From contig JBDTNR010000001.1 of the NCBI GenBank assembly GCA_039933655.1, forward strand, positions 1-42,833: a stretch of DNA of 42,833 bases, given 5' to 3'. A program made the translations under genes and the position numbers. Positions 18,929 through 28,850 of the stretch are shown here, piece by piece; position 1 is the first letter of the stretch; each line of letters starts with the position of its first letter. The DNA is from Betaproteobacteria bacterium. GTDB taxonomy: Bacteria > Pseudomonadota > Gammaproteobacteria > Burkholderiales > Casimicrobiaceae. Under the pieces are notes generated by a model, which worked only from the letters and a program-made list of their open reading frames with translations, made no database searches and was not told the origin of the DNA.

Positions 18929-19906
18929 ATGACATCGTTGACGAAAGTGCTCCGCACGGCCGTCACGTTGCTCGCGTTCGCCGCCGCGGCGCATGCCGCC
19001 GCGCAGGGTTACCCGACGAAGCCGATCCGCCTGGTCGTGCCGTTCCCGCCGGGTGGCGCCGTCGATTTCTACGCCCGCGTCGTGCAGCAGCCGCTCGGCG
19101 AATTGCTCGGGCAGACGATCGTCATCGACAACAAGGCGGGGGCGAGCGGCATGGTCGGCGCCGAGGTCGTGGCGAAATCGCCGCCGGACGGCTACACGCT
19201 GCTGCTCGGCAACATCGCGTCGCTCGCGATCAACGTCGGCATCTATCCGAAGATGCCCTACGATCCGCTGAAGGACTTCACGCCGGTCATCCGCACGGTG
19301 GACGTCAACTATGTGCTGGTCGTGCATCCGTCGCTGTCGGCGAAGTCCGTCGCCGAGCTCATGGCGTATGCCAAGGCCAATCCGGGGAAGCTGTCGTATG
19401 GTTCCGCCGGCAGCGGTAGCCTGCCGCATCTGGGCACCGAGCTCTTCAAGGCGCGGACGGGCACCGACATCGTCCACGTGCCCTACAAGGGCGGCGGACC
19501 GATGGTGACCGACCTGCTGGGCGGCAACGTGCAGATGGTGATCGCCGACCAGGCGAACCTGATGCCGCACGTGCAATCCGGGAAGTTGCGCGCGCTGGCG
19601 GTGGCCACGGCGAAGCGTTCCGCCAATGCGCCCGATCTGCCAACGATCGCCGAGGCCGCGCTGCCCGGATTCGAGGCCACCGCGTGGCAGGGCTTGGTCG
19701 GCCCCGCCGGCATGCCGCCCGACGTCGTCAAGCGCTTGAACGATGCATTCAACAAGGTGATGGCGATGCCCGCGGTGCGCGAGAAGCTCATCGGCGGCGG
19801 TCTCGAGCCTGTCGGTGGCACACCCGAGCAGTTCGGCCGCTTCATCGGCACCGAGATCGCGCAGTGGACGAAGATCGCGAAGGACGTCGGCGCCAAGGCG
19901 GAGTGA
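18929..19906 (+). CDS. Tripartite tricarboxylate transporter substrate-binding protein (Bug/TctC)
   Basis: Signal peptide, YPTKPIRLVVPFPPGG, PDGYTLL, SYGSAG.GS, HVPYKGG. Confidence 0.95.
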   Translation: MTSLTKVLRTAVTLLAFAAAAHAAAQGYPTKPIRLVVPFPPGGAVDFYARVVQQPLGELLGQTIVIDNKAGASGMVGAEVVAKSPPDGYTLLLGNIASLAINVGIYPKMPYDPLKDFTPVIRTVDVNYVLVVHPSLSAKSVAELMAYAKANPGKLSYGSAGSGSLPHLGTELFKARTGTDIVHVPYKGGGPMVTDLLGGNVQMVIADQANLMPHVQSGKLRALAVATAKRSANAPDLPTIAEAALPGFEATAWQGLVGPAGMPPDVVKRLNDAFNKVMAMPAVREKLIGGGLEPVGGTPEQFGRFIGTEIAQWTKIAKDVGAKAE

Positions 19907-19957
19907 CCCGCACGGCGGCGTTGGCCGCGGGCGACCGGCGCCACGCCACGATGAACG

Positions 19958-19979
19958 AGGGGCCGCGCGGGCGGCCCCT
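19958..19979. terminator. Hairpin between convergent genes, probable terminator
   Basis: AGGGGCCGC/GCGGCCCCT 9-bp stem; weak U-tract. Confidence 0.55.
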
Positions 19980-19996
19980 TGTCCCGTCGAACCGCG

Positions 19997-22678
19997 TTAC
20001 CTGAACGCGTAGCGGACCGAACCGTAGACGAACCGCGCGCGCGGATCGTAGTACGACGGGTCGTAGCCGCTCTGGAACGTGAGGTTGGAGTTCGTCAGCG
20101 GCGGATTGCTGTCGAACAGGTTCTTCACGCCCAGCGTCAGCGTCAGCTGCTTGAATCCGGTGTAGCTGCCCTGCAGGTCCCACAGGCTCAGGCTGCTGAC
20201 GCGGCGGGCATTCCCGTCGGGATCGGTCTGCACGTCCGTGTACGAACTCTGGTACGTGTTGCCCAAGGTCGCCGACCATGGCCCGCGCTCCCACGTGCCC
20301 GCGATGTAGCTCTTCCACCGCGGCGTGATGCCGGTGGCCACTGCCTGAAACGCGTTGGAGACAAACCCGGCGTAGCTGCCGTCGGACTGCTGGATGTCGT
20401 ACTGGATGTAGTACGTGCCCGTCACCAGCGCGCTGAACTTGCCATAGTCCGTCGTTGGAAAGGCAAGGCGCGCGTCGATGTCGATACCCTGGATCTTGGT
20501 CTTCCCGATGTTGACGAATCGCTGGTCGATCGCGGTGATCGGGCACGGCGGTCCGCCGGCGCAGGTCGGCGTGCGGGTGACGAGCGAGCTGTAGGTGTCG
20601 TAGAGCGCGGGGTCAAGGATCGTCGCGATCGGCACGCCGTTGGTGACGATGTTGTCGACATCGAGGTAGAACCAGTCGGCGCCGAATGAAAGTCCCGGTC
20701 GCGGCTCCCACACTGCGCCGATCGTCGTCTGGTTCGCCTTCTCGGGCTGCAGCGCCGGGTTGCCGCCGAACGTCACGACATACTGCGTGTTGCAGTCCGG
20801 ATTGTCGGGGTCGTCCGGGGTCGTGCACCGCAACGGATCCGACAGGCCGGCCTGCGACAGTCCGGGTGTCGTCGGATTCCACAGCTGGTACAACGTCGGC
20901 GCCTTGAAGCCGGTGCCCCAGGAGCCGCGGACCAGCAACGACGGCAACGGCTGCCACCGCACGCTGAGCTTGGGATTGGTCGTGCTGCCGAAGTCGCTGT
21001 AATGGTCGTAGCGCACCGCGACGTTCGCTTCGAGCGACTTGACGATCGGAATGTAGAGCTCGCCGTAGACGGCCCATGCGGTGCGCGAGTTGCTGATGCT
21101 CTGCAGGTTGCCGCCGTAGCCCGAGACATCGCCCGTCTGCAGCAGCGCGTTCGGGTTCTGCGACAGTTCGTCCTTGCCTGCCTGCAGGCCCACGGCCAGC
21201 GCCATCATGCCCGCCGGCAGCTTGTAGATGTCGCTCGAGCCCTTCAGGTCGAGGCCGTAGCCCTGGAGCTTGCTGTTGAACGTCTCGGCGTTGTAGTTGG
21301 CGGCGCGGACCTCATCGGTGATCGCCTGCGTGTTGGGTCCGAACAGGTTGACGCGGCCGCTGTTTAAGATCGGCAGGATCGACGAAAACAGCGGAAAGCC
21401 GCCGTTCAGCTGCTCCTTGCTCGTGTTCTGGCTGTAGTTGAACGCGAAATCCCAGTCCCAGTTCCAGGCGGTGCCCTTGGTGCCGGCGACGATCTGCCAT
21501 GCCTCGTTGGTGTCGGTCGTGTCGCGATTGCCGCATTCGACGCAGCGGTAGCGCACATTGAGCGGCTGGCCGTTGACGCCGGCCGCCGTCGCCAGCGCCG
21601 TCGGATAGAACGGACTGCCCGGCGGCAGCAGGATGTCGGACGCGCCGGTGGCGGTGGCCGTGGTGAAAATCTGGTCGGAGAACGGATTCGGCTGGATGAC
21701 GAAGCGCGATTCCTGCTTCGAGTACAGCCCCGTCAGATAACCCTGCCAGTTCGCGTTGAACTGGTAGCGCGCGGAGCCGAAGAGATTCAACTGCTTGGTC
21801 GTGGGAATCGACTCGACGCCGGGAATCGCGGAGGGGTCGTAGCGGCAGCGGTTGCCGACGACGATGGACGGCGCGCAATCCGGATACCCGGGGTTGCCGA
21901 TGCCGCCCGTCGAGATGAAGCCCGGAAAAGTCTGTCCGGACGTGGTGTCGAGATTGATGTCGGGCAGGTAGCCGGTGCGCGAGAAGTCGCGGTCCGCCTG
22001 GCCCAGGCTCTTCTGCTCCTGGTAGTTGAACGAGATGAACGCGTTGTACTTGTCCTTCGCCAGGTCGCCCAAGCCAGCGGTAGCCATCAGCTGGTATTGC
22101 TCGCCGCCGCCGGTGCGCGTGGGCGCGCCGTACCACGCCGTTGCGTCGAGTCCCGAGAAGTCCTGCCGCATGATGAAGTTGATGACGCCCGCGATCGCGT
22201 CGCTGCCGTAGATGGCGGACGCGCCGTCCTTCAGCACCTCGACGCGGTCGATGGCCGCGAACGGGATCGCCGCGAGGTTGACGCCTTCGGCGCCGGTGAC
22301 GCCGCCGGAAAACGTGCCGAGCCGCTTGCCGTTGACGAGGATCAGCGTGGAGCTGCCGCCTAAGCCGCGCAACGACGCGGTCTGGTTGCTGAACGTCGTC
22401 GCGCCGATGACGTTGCCCAGCGACACGTTGCCGAGGCTGTTGTTGGCCGAGATCAGGTTCATGATCTCCATCGCGTTGGTCGCGCCGCTCCTGTCGATCT
22501 CGCCGCGGTTGATGATCTGGACCGGCAGCGCGCCTTCGCCTTCGATGCGCTTGATGTTCGAGCCCGTCACCTCGACCTTGATGTCCTGCGCCAGCGACGG
22601 GCGGTCCGGATTTGCGAAGAGTGCAGCGACGACGCCGGCGACCAGCAACCGCCGGTGCCCGATGTTCGTGATCTCCAT
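19997..22678 (-). CDS. TonB-dependent outer membrane receptor
   Basis: VEVTGSNIKR TonB box, LRGLG..TLILVNGKR, IDRVEVLKDGASAIYGSDAIAGVINFI plug, GNPALQPE, GVKNLFD, C-terminal YAFR. GAGGGG RBS before ATG 22678. Confidence 0.95.
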   Translation of the reverse strand: MEITNIGHRRLLVAGVVAALFANPDRPSLAQDIKVEVTGSNIKRIEGEGALPVQIINRGEIDRSGATNAMEIMNLISANNSLGNVSLGNVIGATTFSNQTASLRGLGGSSTLILVNGKRLGTFSGGVTGAEGVNLAAIPFAAIDRVEVLKDGASAIYGSDAIAGVINFIMRQDFSGLDATAWYGAPTRTGGGEQYQLMATAGLGDLAKDKYNAFISFNYQEQKSLGQADRDFSRTGYLPDINLDTTSGQTFPGFISTGGIGNPGYPDCAPSIVVGNRCRYDPSAIPGVESIPTTKQLNLFGSARYQFNANWQGYLTGLYSKQESRFVIQPNPFSDQIFTTATATGASDILLPPGSPFYPTALATAAGVNGQPLNVRYRCVECGNRDTTDTNEAWQIVAGTKGTAWNWDWDFAFNYSQNTSKEQLNGGFPLFSSILPILNSGRVNLFGPNTQAITDEVRAANYNAETFNSKLQGYGLDLKGSSDIYKLPAGMMALAVGLQAGKDELSQNPNALLQTGDVSGYGGNLQSISNSRTAWAVYGELYIPIVKSLEANVAVRYDHYSDFGSTTNPKLSVRWQPLPSLLVRGSWGTGFKAPTLYQLWNPTTPGLSQAGLSDPLRCTTPDDPDNPDCNTQYVVTFGGNPALQPEKANQTTIGAVWEPRPGLSFGADWFYLDVDNIVTNGVPIATILDPALYDTYSSLVTRTPTCAGGPPCPITAIDQRFVNIGKTKIQGIDIDARLAFPTTDYGKFSALVTGTYYIQYDIQQSDGSYAGFVSNAFQAVATGITPRWKSYIAGTWERGPWSATLGNTYQSSYTDVQTDPDGNARRVSSLSLWDLQGSYTGFKQLTLTLGVKNLFDSNPPLTNSNLTFQSGYDPSYYDPRARFVYGSVRYAFR

Positions 22679-23015
22679 ACGGTGATTCCCCCTCAAAGGA
22701 AGTGACGCTGCGTTGTTCGAGCAGCGCTGCGGTGCGTGGTCGCAGGCTGCGACACGAAGCCTACGAAGCGCGCGCGAGCCGTCGCAATCGCTGGTTGGCC
22801 AGCGGGGGACGCGAGGGGGCGAACGGCGCAAAGGTCTTGGTGAATGGGCGCGCGCGCGTAGCGCATTCCGTGGCGATGACGCTACTTCGTCGCGCACGTC
22901 GCACGCGCAGACAATCGCGGCCTGCCGCTTGAGCCTTGGCGTGTCCGTTGCAGGATTGGCATGCCCCGGCGGAAGCGTGAATCGCTTCAGGGGAGCGTGC
23001 GAGGGAGGCTCGCGG

Positions 23016-23090
23016 AAAAAAGAATGCCGAAGCGCGCCCTCCGAGGCGACTGGGGGTCCCCGCCGGAGGTGTGCCGCGCGACTTCGGCAC
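23016..23090 (-). ncRNA. Candidate small structured RNA or attenuator upstream of the TonB receptor
   Basis: Minus strand: TATCGT -10-like box, then one long irregular hairpin (GTGCCGAAG...CTTCGGCAT) followed by TCTTTTTT. Confidence 0.4.
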
Positions 23091-23242
23091 GCATGCACGA
23101 TAGGCGGCAACCGCCGCGCCGTGCGCGTTGATTGGCCGACCGTGGGTGGGCGGCGGCCAACCGCATCGACACGCGGGCGAACCGCCGCGGCGGTGCGGAC
23201 GACCGCCGGCCGCTTGCCACCAGCGGGTGTTTGGCGTTATCG

Positions 23243-23258
23243 TTGTACGTGCATACAA
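23243..23258. promoter_or_regulatory. Putative MarR operator
   Basis: TTGTA-CGTGCA-TACAA inverted repeat upstream of marR; related ATGCATATACAT at 23899-23910. Confidence 0.5.
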
Positions 23259-23325
23259 ATGCGCCGACACTGGATGAAACAGCGGGCTTCGCGGCCACCC
23301 CGCGCTGACCCGACGGGAGAACGAG

Positions 23326-23805
23326 ATGGCACCACCTGCCTTCGGCACGGCAAGTCCTGCTGACGACCCCCTTCTCGCCGCCTATGCCCGCCGCGGCGGC
23401 GAGTGCGCGTACGCCAACCTGCGGATGCTGGCGCGTGTCGCCGGCACCGTCTACGACGACGCGCTGCGTCCCGTCGACCTGCGCGCCGGCCAGCTCGCGC
23501 TGATGTGGGCGATCATGGCCGCCGGTCCGGTGGAGATCGGACGGCTCGGCATCATTACCGTCACCGACCAGACCACGCTCAGCAGGACGATCGCCAAGCT
23601 GAAAAAAGAACGCCTGGTGAGCGTCCGGCCCGGGCAGGACAGGCGCGTCAAGCTGGTGTCGCTGACCGAGACCGGCCGCCAGCGTTTTCGCGCGGCCATG
23701 CCCTACTGGGAAGAGGCGCAACGCCGCGCAGCGGCGCTGTTCCCGCTGGAGCGCGTGCGCGCGCTGGCCCGGCAGGTGCGCCGCGAAGTGCGCGGCGCGG
23801 CCTGA
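23326..23805 (+). CDS. MarR family transcriptional regulator
   Basis: CAYANLRMLAR..YDDALRP, DQTTLSRTI, DRRVKLVSLT..G; GGAGA RBS. Confidence 0.92.
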   Translation: MAPPAFGTASPADDPLLAAYARRGGECAYANLRMLARVAGTVYDDALRPVDLRAGQLALMWAIMAAGPVEIGRLGIITVTDQTTLSRTIAKLKKERLVSVRPGQDRRVKLVSLTETGRQRFRAAMPYWEEAQRRAAALFPLERVRALARQVRREVRGAA

Positions 23806-24035
23806 AACCGGCTTCGTTCCGCGATTCCGGCGGTTCGGCGCGCCAGGAAGCGCTTCGTCGGCCTGCGCTTGCGCGGGCGGTCGATTCACGGTAATTTCAT
23901 GCATATACATCTTCTACCGGCGGTGCGTAGTCGCGCTTCCGGGAAGTAGCCGCGCGGCAACGGGCCGCCGCGGCCGGCGCAGCACCACGGGGTGAGGCCA
24001 TGCGAATTCGGTCCGGAAGTCACCTGGGCGATGTC

Positions 24036-24446
24036 ATGCCGGAGGCGAAGGACTCGCGCTACCCGTCCGATGCGCCGATCACGGCACCGCTTCCTCACTT
24101 CGCGGGCGAGCTGTATCCGCTCACCAGGATCGCCGTCAAGTCGGTCAACCGCATCGCGATCGTCCAGGTCGCGGGCATCATCCGCCTCGAGGCAGAGGAC
24201 AACTACGTGCGGCTGTGGGCGGAGCGCCCCTACCTGCACAAGGAAACGCTGACGGGCCTGATAACGCGCCTGGACCCGCTTGAGTTCCTGCGGATCCACC
24301 GCTCGCACGCGGTCAACGTGCGCTTCGTCCGCGAGCTGCGGCCGTTGCTGCACGGCGAGTACCAGGTGGTGCTGGCCGACGGCACGGAATTGACGTCGGG
24401 CCGCAGCTACCGCGCGGCCATCCAGGCGATGTTCGGACTGGGCTAG
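24036..24446 (+). CDS. Stand-alone LytTR DNA-binding domain protein
   Basis: [33 protein letters not shown]; no receiver domain. Start uncertain (24000 or 24036). Confidence 0.85.
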   Translation: MPEAKDSRYPSDAPITAPLPHFAGELYPLTRIAVKSVNRIAIVQVAGIIRLEAEDNYVRLWAERPYLHKETLTGLITRLDPLEFLRIHRSHAVNVRFVRELRPLLHGEYQVVLADGTELTSGRSYRAAIQAMFGLG

Positions 24447-24488
24447 CGGGTTGACGCGGCGCCGCGGGCGCCGGTGGACGCGCGGCGA

Positions 24489-25232
24489 CTACTTCCAGCA
24501 GTACTTCTGGTCGGTGCCGTTCTCGCGGCGCTGCCGCTGCAGTTGCGCGACGTTGGCCGGCTGGCCGAGGTACACGCGTTCCTTCGCCACGCTCGCCTTC
24601 AGCTCAGCGAGCGCGCGGTCGAGGTTCTTCGAGCGGTCACCGGGCTGTGCCGGAACCTGCGGCAGGAACAGTGCTCCGTAGGGATTGTCGATGACCCACT
24701 GCAGCGCGCCGGCGGCGATCTTCTGCTGGTTGCCGACATCGCAGAACGCATAGCCGTTGATGACCGGGCCCGCCAGCGTCGCGAAATTGCGGATGGCGTC
24801 CGCGACCTGCGACAGTTGCGGCGCGCGGACGTCGGCGACGACGGCCAGCGTGGCATAGCGATTCTTGGCGGCGTAGAACCAGAACACGGCATCGTTGCGC
24901 AAGGCGACGTCGTAGAGCCTGATCGCCAGCACCATCAGTGTCATCGGCGTCAGCATGCCGTTGTTCCTGGCAATCAGGTCGCGGGCACGGGCGATGTCCT
25001 CGACGCGCGGCGACGCGAGCAGCGCATCGAGTTCCTTCGATCCGATCGCGACCCGTGTAGCGCCGCCGGGGTCGCGCGCGGATTCGTAGTACGGCGTCAC
25101 GTAAATGGCGACGCGCTTCACGGCGTCGGCGGCATGCGCGTGCCCGGCGGGGAAAACGCAGGACAACATGACGCAGGTCCAGCGGACGATGCCGCCGGGG
25201 ACCATCCTCGGTTGCGGGCGGCACGGATTCAT
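24489..25232 (-). CDS. Hypothetical exported protein
   Basis: AHA-A signal-peptide-like cleavage site and coding-like codon usage; no family recognised; start uncertain. Confidence 0.65.
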   Translation of the reverse strand: MNPCRPQPRMVPGGIVRWTCVMLSCVFPAGHAHAADAVKRVAIYVTPYYESARDPGGATRVAIGSKELDALLASPRVEDIARARDLIARNNGMLTPMTLMVLAIRLYDVALRNDAVFWFYAAKNRYATLAVVADVRAPQLSQVADAIRNFATLAGPVINGYAFCDVGNQQKIAAGALQWVIDNPYGALFLPQVPAQPGDRSKNLDRALAELKASVAKERVYLGQPANVAQLQRQRRENGTDQKYCWK

Positions 25233-25269
25233 GCGGGAAGTTTATCGGAATGCGGGTCGACCTCGTGCG

Positions 25270-26274
25270 TCAGGCGATCTGCAGCACCAGCTTGCCCATG
25301 TTCTCGCCGCGAAACAGCATCAGCAATGTCTGCGGAAAGTTGTCCAGTCCGGCGACGACATCCTCGCGCGACTTGAGCCTGCCGTCCGCCATCCACGCCG
25401 AAAGCTCGCGCGCCGCCTCCGCATAGCGACCGGCGTAGTCGAACACGACCATGCCCGTCATGCTCGCACGGTTCACCAGCAGCGACAGGTAGTTGGCCGG
25501 CCCCTTGATGCCGGTGGTGCTGTTGTACTGCGAGATCGCGCCGCAGATGACGACGCGTGCATGCAGCGTGAGGCGCGCGAGTGCAGCGTCGAGGAGGTCG
25601 CCGCCGACGTTGTCGAAGTAGATGTCGATGCCGTCTTCGCAATGCGCGCCGAGCGCGCGGCGCACGTCGGCGGACTTGTAGTCGATGGCGGCGTCGAAGC
25701 CCAGGTTCGCAGTGACGTAGTCGCACTTTTCCTTCCCGCCGGCGATGCCGATCACGCGGCAACCCTTGATCTTGGCGATCTGGCCAACGACCGATCCTAC
25801 GGCGCCGGCCGCGCCCGAGACGACGACGGTGTTGCCGGGCTGCGGCCGGCCGATGTCCAGCAGACCGAAGTACGCCGTCATGCCCGGCATGCCGAGCGTA
25901 CCGAGGTAGGCCGGCAACGGTGCCAGTCCCGGATCGACGCGATGCATGTCCTTGCCGTCGGAAAGCGCGTACTCCTGGACGCCGAACATGCCGACGACGT
26001 GATCGCCGACTGCGAAGCGCGGATGCCGCGACGCCGTGACCCGCCCGACGCCGCCGGCGCGCATGACGTCGCCCAAAGCCACCGGCGCGATATAGGATCG
26101 CGCGTCGTTCATCCATCCGCGCATCGCCGGGTCGAGCGAGATGTAGAGCACGCGGACCAGCACCTCCCCGTCGGCGGGATCCCGCACCGGCTCCTCGGTG
26201 AACGTCCAGTCCTTGCGCGTGGGCAGCCCGACGGGACGCGCGGCGAGTCGGCATTGGCGGTTCTGCATCGGCAT
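25270..26274 (-). CDS. NADP-dependent oxidoreductase (CurA/prostaglandin reductase-like MDR)
   Basis: LAARPVGLP, ISLDPAMRGWM, GMPGMTAYFGL, VSGAAGAVGS, YFDNVGG, CGAISQYN, GEN.GK. Confidence 0.93.
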   Translation of the reverse strand: MPMQNRQCRLAARPVGLPTRKDWTFTEEPVRDPADGEVLVRVLYISLDPAMRGWMNDARSYIAPVALGDVMRAGGVGRVTASRHPRFAVGDHVVGMFGVQEYALSDGKDMHRVDPGLAPLPAYLGTLGMPGMTAYFGLLDIGRPQPGNTVVVSGAAGAVGSVVGQIAKIKGCRVIGIAGGKEKCDYVTANLGFDAAIDYKSADVRRALGAHCEDGIDIYFDNVGGDLLDAALARLTLHARVVICGAISQYNSTTGIKGPANYLSLLVNRASMTGMVVFDYAGRYAEAARELSAWMADGRLKSREDVVAGLDNFPQTLLMLFRGENMGKLVLQIA

Positions 26275-26422
26275 GGCGTTTCCCTTCGGCCGCAGTCGCA
26301 AACGCGTAGTGTGCCCGCGAATAGCGAGTTCGTCCGTGACGCTGGTACAGGAGGACGGTCCGCGCGATGGCGTAAACTGGTTCGCATTGAACGCCGCGCG
26401 TCCCCGCGCGGTCAAAATGCCC

Positions 26423-27397
26423 ATGGCCGAACCCAATCACTGGTCCTTCCCGACGCCGCTGCAACCCAATGCGGCGGACGTCGAATTCGATCTGCAGCGT
26501 GCGCTCAACGCCGTCGTGCGACTGTCGTCGCGCATTCCCGAGGACGGCTTCACCGCGGCGATGCTCGGTACCAAGCGCGATGGCAACGGCGTCGTCATTC
26601 GCGACGACGGCCTCATCGTCACCATCGGCTACCTGATCACCGAGGCCGAGACAATCTGGATCACCACTTTCGACGGCCGCGTGGTGGAAGGACATCCGCT
26701 CGCCTACGATTTCGCGACCGGGATGGGACTCGTACTGCCGCTCGGGCACCTTGGCGTCAAGCCAGTGGTCATGGGCACGGCCGCGGGTGTCGACGTCGAC
26801 GACGACGTGTACGTCATCGGCCACGGCGGCCGCGCGCATGCGCTGAAGGCCGAGGTATTCGCGCGCCGCGAGTTCGCCGGCTACTGGGAGTACCTGCTCG
26901 ACGTGGCGCTCTTCACCACGCCGCCGCATCCGGAATGGAGCGGCGCCGCGCTACTCGACGGCGACGGCCGGCTGATCGGCATCGGCTCGCTGTTCGTGCA
27001 GGAAGCGGAGGGCGACGACGTGCGCAAGGGCAACATGTTCGTGCCGATCGACGAGCTGACGCCCATTCTCGACGATCTCGTGCGGACGGGACGCGCGGCG
27101 CAGCCGCCGCGGCCGTGGCTCGGCGTGTACGCCAGCGAGGACGAGAGCCGGCTCGTCGTCGGCGGGCTCGCGCAGGGTGGACCGGCCGAATGCGCCGGCA
27201 TGCGCCAGGGCGACCTGATCGTCGCCGTCGCCGACCAGCGCGTGACGACGCTGGCCGAACTCTTTCGCAGCGTATGGCGCCTCGGACCTTCCGGAACGGA
27301 AATCCCCATCACGCTCGCGCGCGACGGCGCCACCGTGCCGATTCGCGTCCAGTCGGCCGACCGCGGCGATTTCCTTAAAAAGCCCTCGCTGCAATAA
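26423..27397 (+). CDS. S1C (HtrA-like) protease-fold protein with PDZ domain
   Basis: GNGVVI..DGLIVTIGYLI, WSGAALLD.DGRLIGI, PWLGV PDZ loop; no signal peptide. Confidence 0.85.
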   Translation: MAEPNHWSFPTPLQPNAADVEFDLQRALNAVVRLSSRIPEDGFTAAMLGTKRDGNGVVIRDDGLIVTIGYLITEAETIWITTFDGRVVEGHPLAYDFATGMGLVLPLGHLGVKPVVMGTAAGVDVDDDVYVIGHGGRAHALKAEVFARREFAGYWEYLLDVALFTTPPHPEWSGAALLDGDGRLIGIGSLFVQEAEGDDVRKGNMFVPIDELTPILDDLVRTGRAAQPPRPWLGVYASEDESRLVVGGLAQGGPAECAGMRQGDLIVAVADQRVTTLAELFRSVWRLGPSGTEIPITLARDGATVPIRVQSADRGDFLKKPSLQ

Positions 27398-27402
27398 GAA
27401 TG

Positions 27403-27453
27403 AGGGTCAGACTCGAATTCTCCTAAGAACGCGGAGAATTCGAATCTGACCCT
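27403..27453. repeat. REP-like palindrome (GGGTCAGA family), 21-bp arms
   Basis: AGGGTCAGACTCGAATTCTCC / GGAGAATTCGAATCTGACCCT with one mismatch and a 9-nt loop. Confidence 0.85.
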
Positions 27454-28850
27454 GGCGGTCGACGCAGGTGCCAGTCGGTCGCGCGCTGGAACGCGCGGCC
27501 GAGCCGCACCAGCATCGCCTCCCCGAACGGCGCGCCGATCAACTGGACGCCGATCGGCAGTCCGGCGGCCGAGAATCCGGCGGGCAGTGAGAGCCCGCAG
27601 GCGCCGAGGTAGTTGACGGTGCGCGTGAAGTACGCGAGCGGCGCCGTCGCTTCGTCGACGTCGTGCAACGGCACCGCAGTGATCGGCAGCGTCGGTGTCA
27701 GGAGCGCGTCGTGTCCGCGCATCCGCGCGACGATCGCCGCCTGCGCGCCGCGCATCGCCGAGAGGTCGCCTATGTAATCCGTCGCGCTGATCGCCTTGCC
27801 GCCGACGAGCCGCTTGCGCACCCACGGATCGAGGGGGACCGCGGGATCCTCGGCATAAGCGCGGTGAAACGCAAAAGCTTCGGCGGCCAGGATCTGGCCC
27901 ACGCGCGCGGCGATCTCGTCGAAGTCGAACGGCGCGCGGACCTCGGTCACCGTGGCGCCCAGGTCGCGCAGCACCGCGATGGCGGTGTCTCTTGCCTGCA
28001 CAACGGCGGGCTCGATGTAGTCGGGAAACTGCTCGGGCGCGAGGCAGCCGATGCGCAGGCCGCGGATGTCGACATCGCGCGCCAGTGCGCCGGCAAAGTC
28101 GACGTGCGGCGCGCCGCGCGTGGCGGGGTCGCGCGGATCGTGACCCGCCATCGCCGCCGTCAGCAGCGCGACGTCGTCGACCGTATGGGCGAGCGGTCCG
28201 ATGCTGTCGAGCGACGTCGACAGCGGCACCGCACCGTGGAGGCTGACCAGGCCGTACGTCGGCTTCAGCCCCGTGACACCGCACAGCGCGGACGGAATGC
28301 GAATCGAACCGCCGGTGTCGGAGCCGATGGCGGCCGGCGCCATGCCCGCGGCTACGGCCACTGCCGAGCCGCTCGACGAGCCACCGGCGACGCGGTGCAC
28401 GGCCGCGTCCCAAGGATTCCACGGCGCGCCCATCGGTTCGTTGCGGCCCCAGCCGCCGAACGCGAACTCGACCATGTGCGTCTTCCCGAGCGGAATCATT
28501 CCGGCCGCCAGCAACTTCGCGACGATGGTCGCCGTTTGATCCGATTTGCGGCCGCGCCAGCTCTTCGCACCCGCCGTAGTCTGCCGGCCTTCGACCTCGA
28601 ACAGGTCCTTGAGCGCGATCGGCAAGCCGTGCAGAGGCCCGCGCAGCGCGTGCACGCTGCGCTCGAGATCCGCCGCGTCGGCCAGGCGCAGCGCATCTTC
28701 GCGATAGACATCGACGAACGCGTGCAGCTTGCCGTCGTCCGCGGCGATACGCGCGAGGCAGGCTTCAACGAGCGCGCGCGAAGTCGTGTCGCCGCGCGCG
28801 AGCAGTGCGCCGAGTTCGACGAGCGAATGGAATGGCAGGTCGGTGGCCAT
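27423..28850 (-). CDS. Amidase signature family protein
   Basis: GPLHGLPIALKD (catalytic K), GGSSSGS, IGSDTGGSIRIP. Confidence 0.95.
   Translation of the reverse strand: MATDLPFHSLVELGALLARGDTTSRALVEACLARIAADDGKLHAFVDVYREDALRLADAADLERSVHALRGPLHGLPIALKDLFEVEGRQTTAGAKSWRGRKSDQTATIVAKLLAAGMIPLGKTHMVEFAFGGWGRNEPMGAPWNPWDAAVHRVAGGSSSGSAVAVAAGMAPAAIGSDTGGSIRIPSALCGVTGLKPTYGLVSLHGAVPLSTSLDSIGPLAHTVDDVALLTAAMAGHDPRDPATRGAPHVDFAGALARDVDIRGLRIGCLAPEQFPDYIEPAVVQARDTAIAVLRDLGATVTEVRAPFDFDEIAARVGQILAAEAFAFHRAYAEDPAVPLDPWVRKRLVGGKAISATDYIGDLSAMRGAQAAIVARMRGHDALLTPTLPITAVPLHDVDEATAPLAYFTRTVNYLGACGLSLPAGFSAAGLPIGVQLIGAPFGEAMLVRLGRAFQRATDWHLRRPPGSDSNSPRS

Noticed and set aside
22680-23110. Cobalamin riboswitch, or a 143-aa N-terminal extension of the TonB receptor
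   Set aside because: No B12-box motifs found; the real start is ATG 22678 with RBS and signal peptide
27423-28850. gatA (Glu-tRNA amidotransferase subunit A)
   Set aside because: General amidase signature only; no gatB/gatC neighbours
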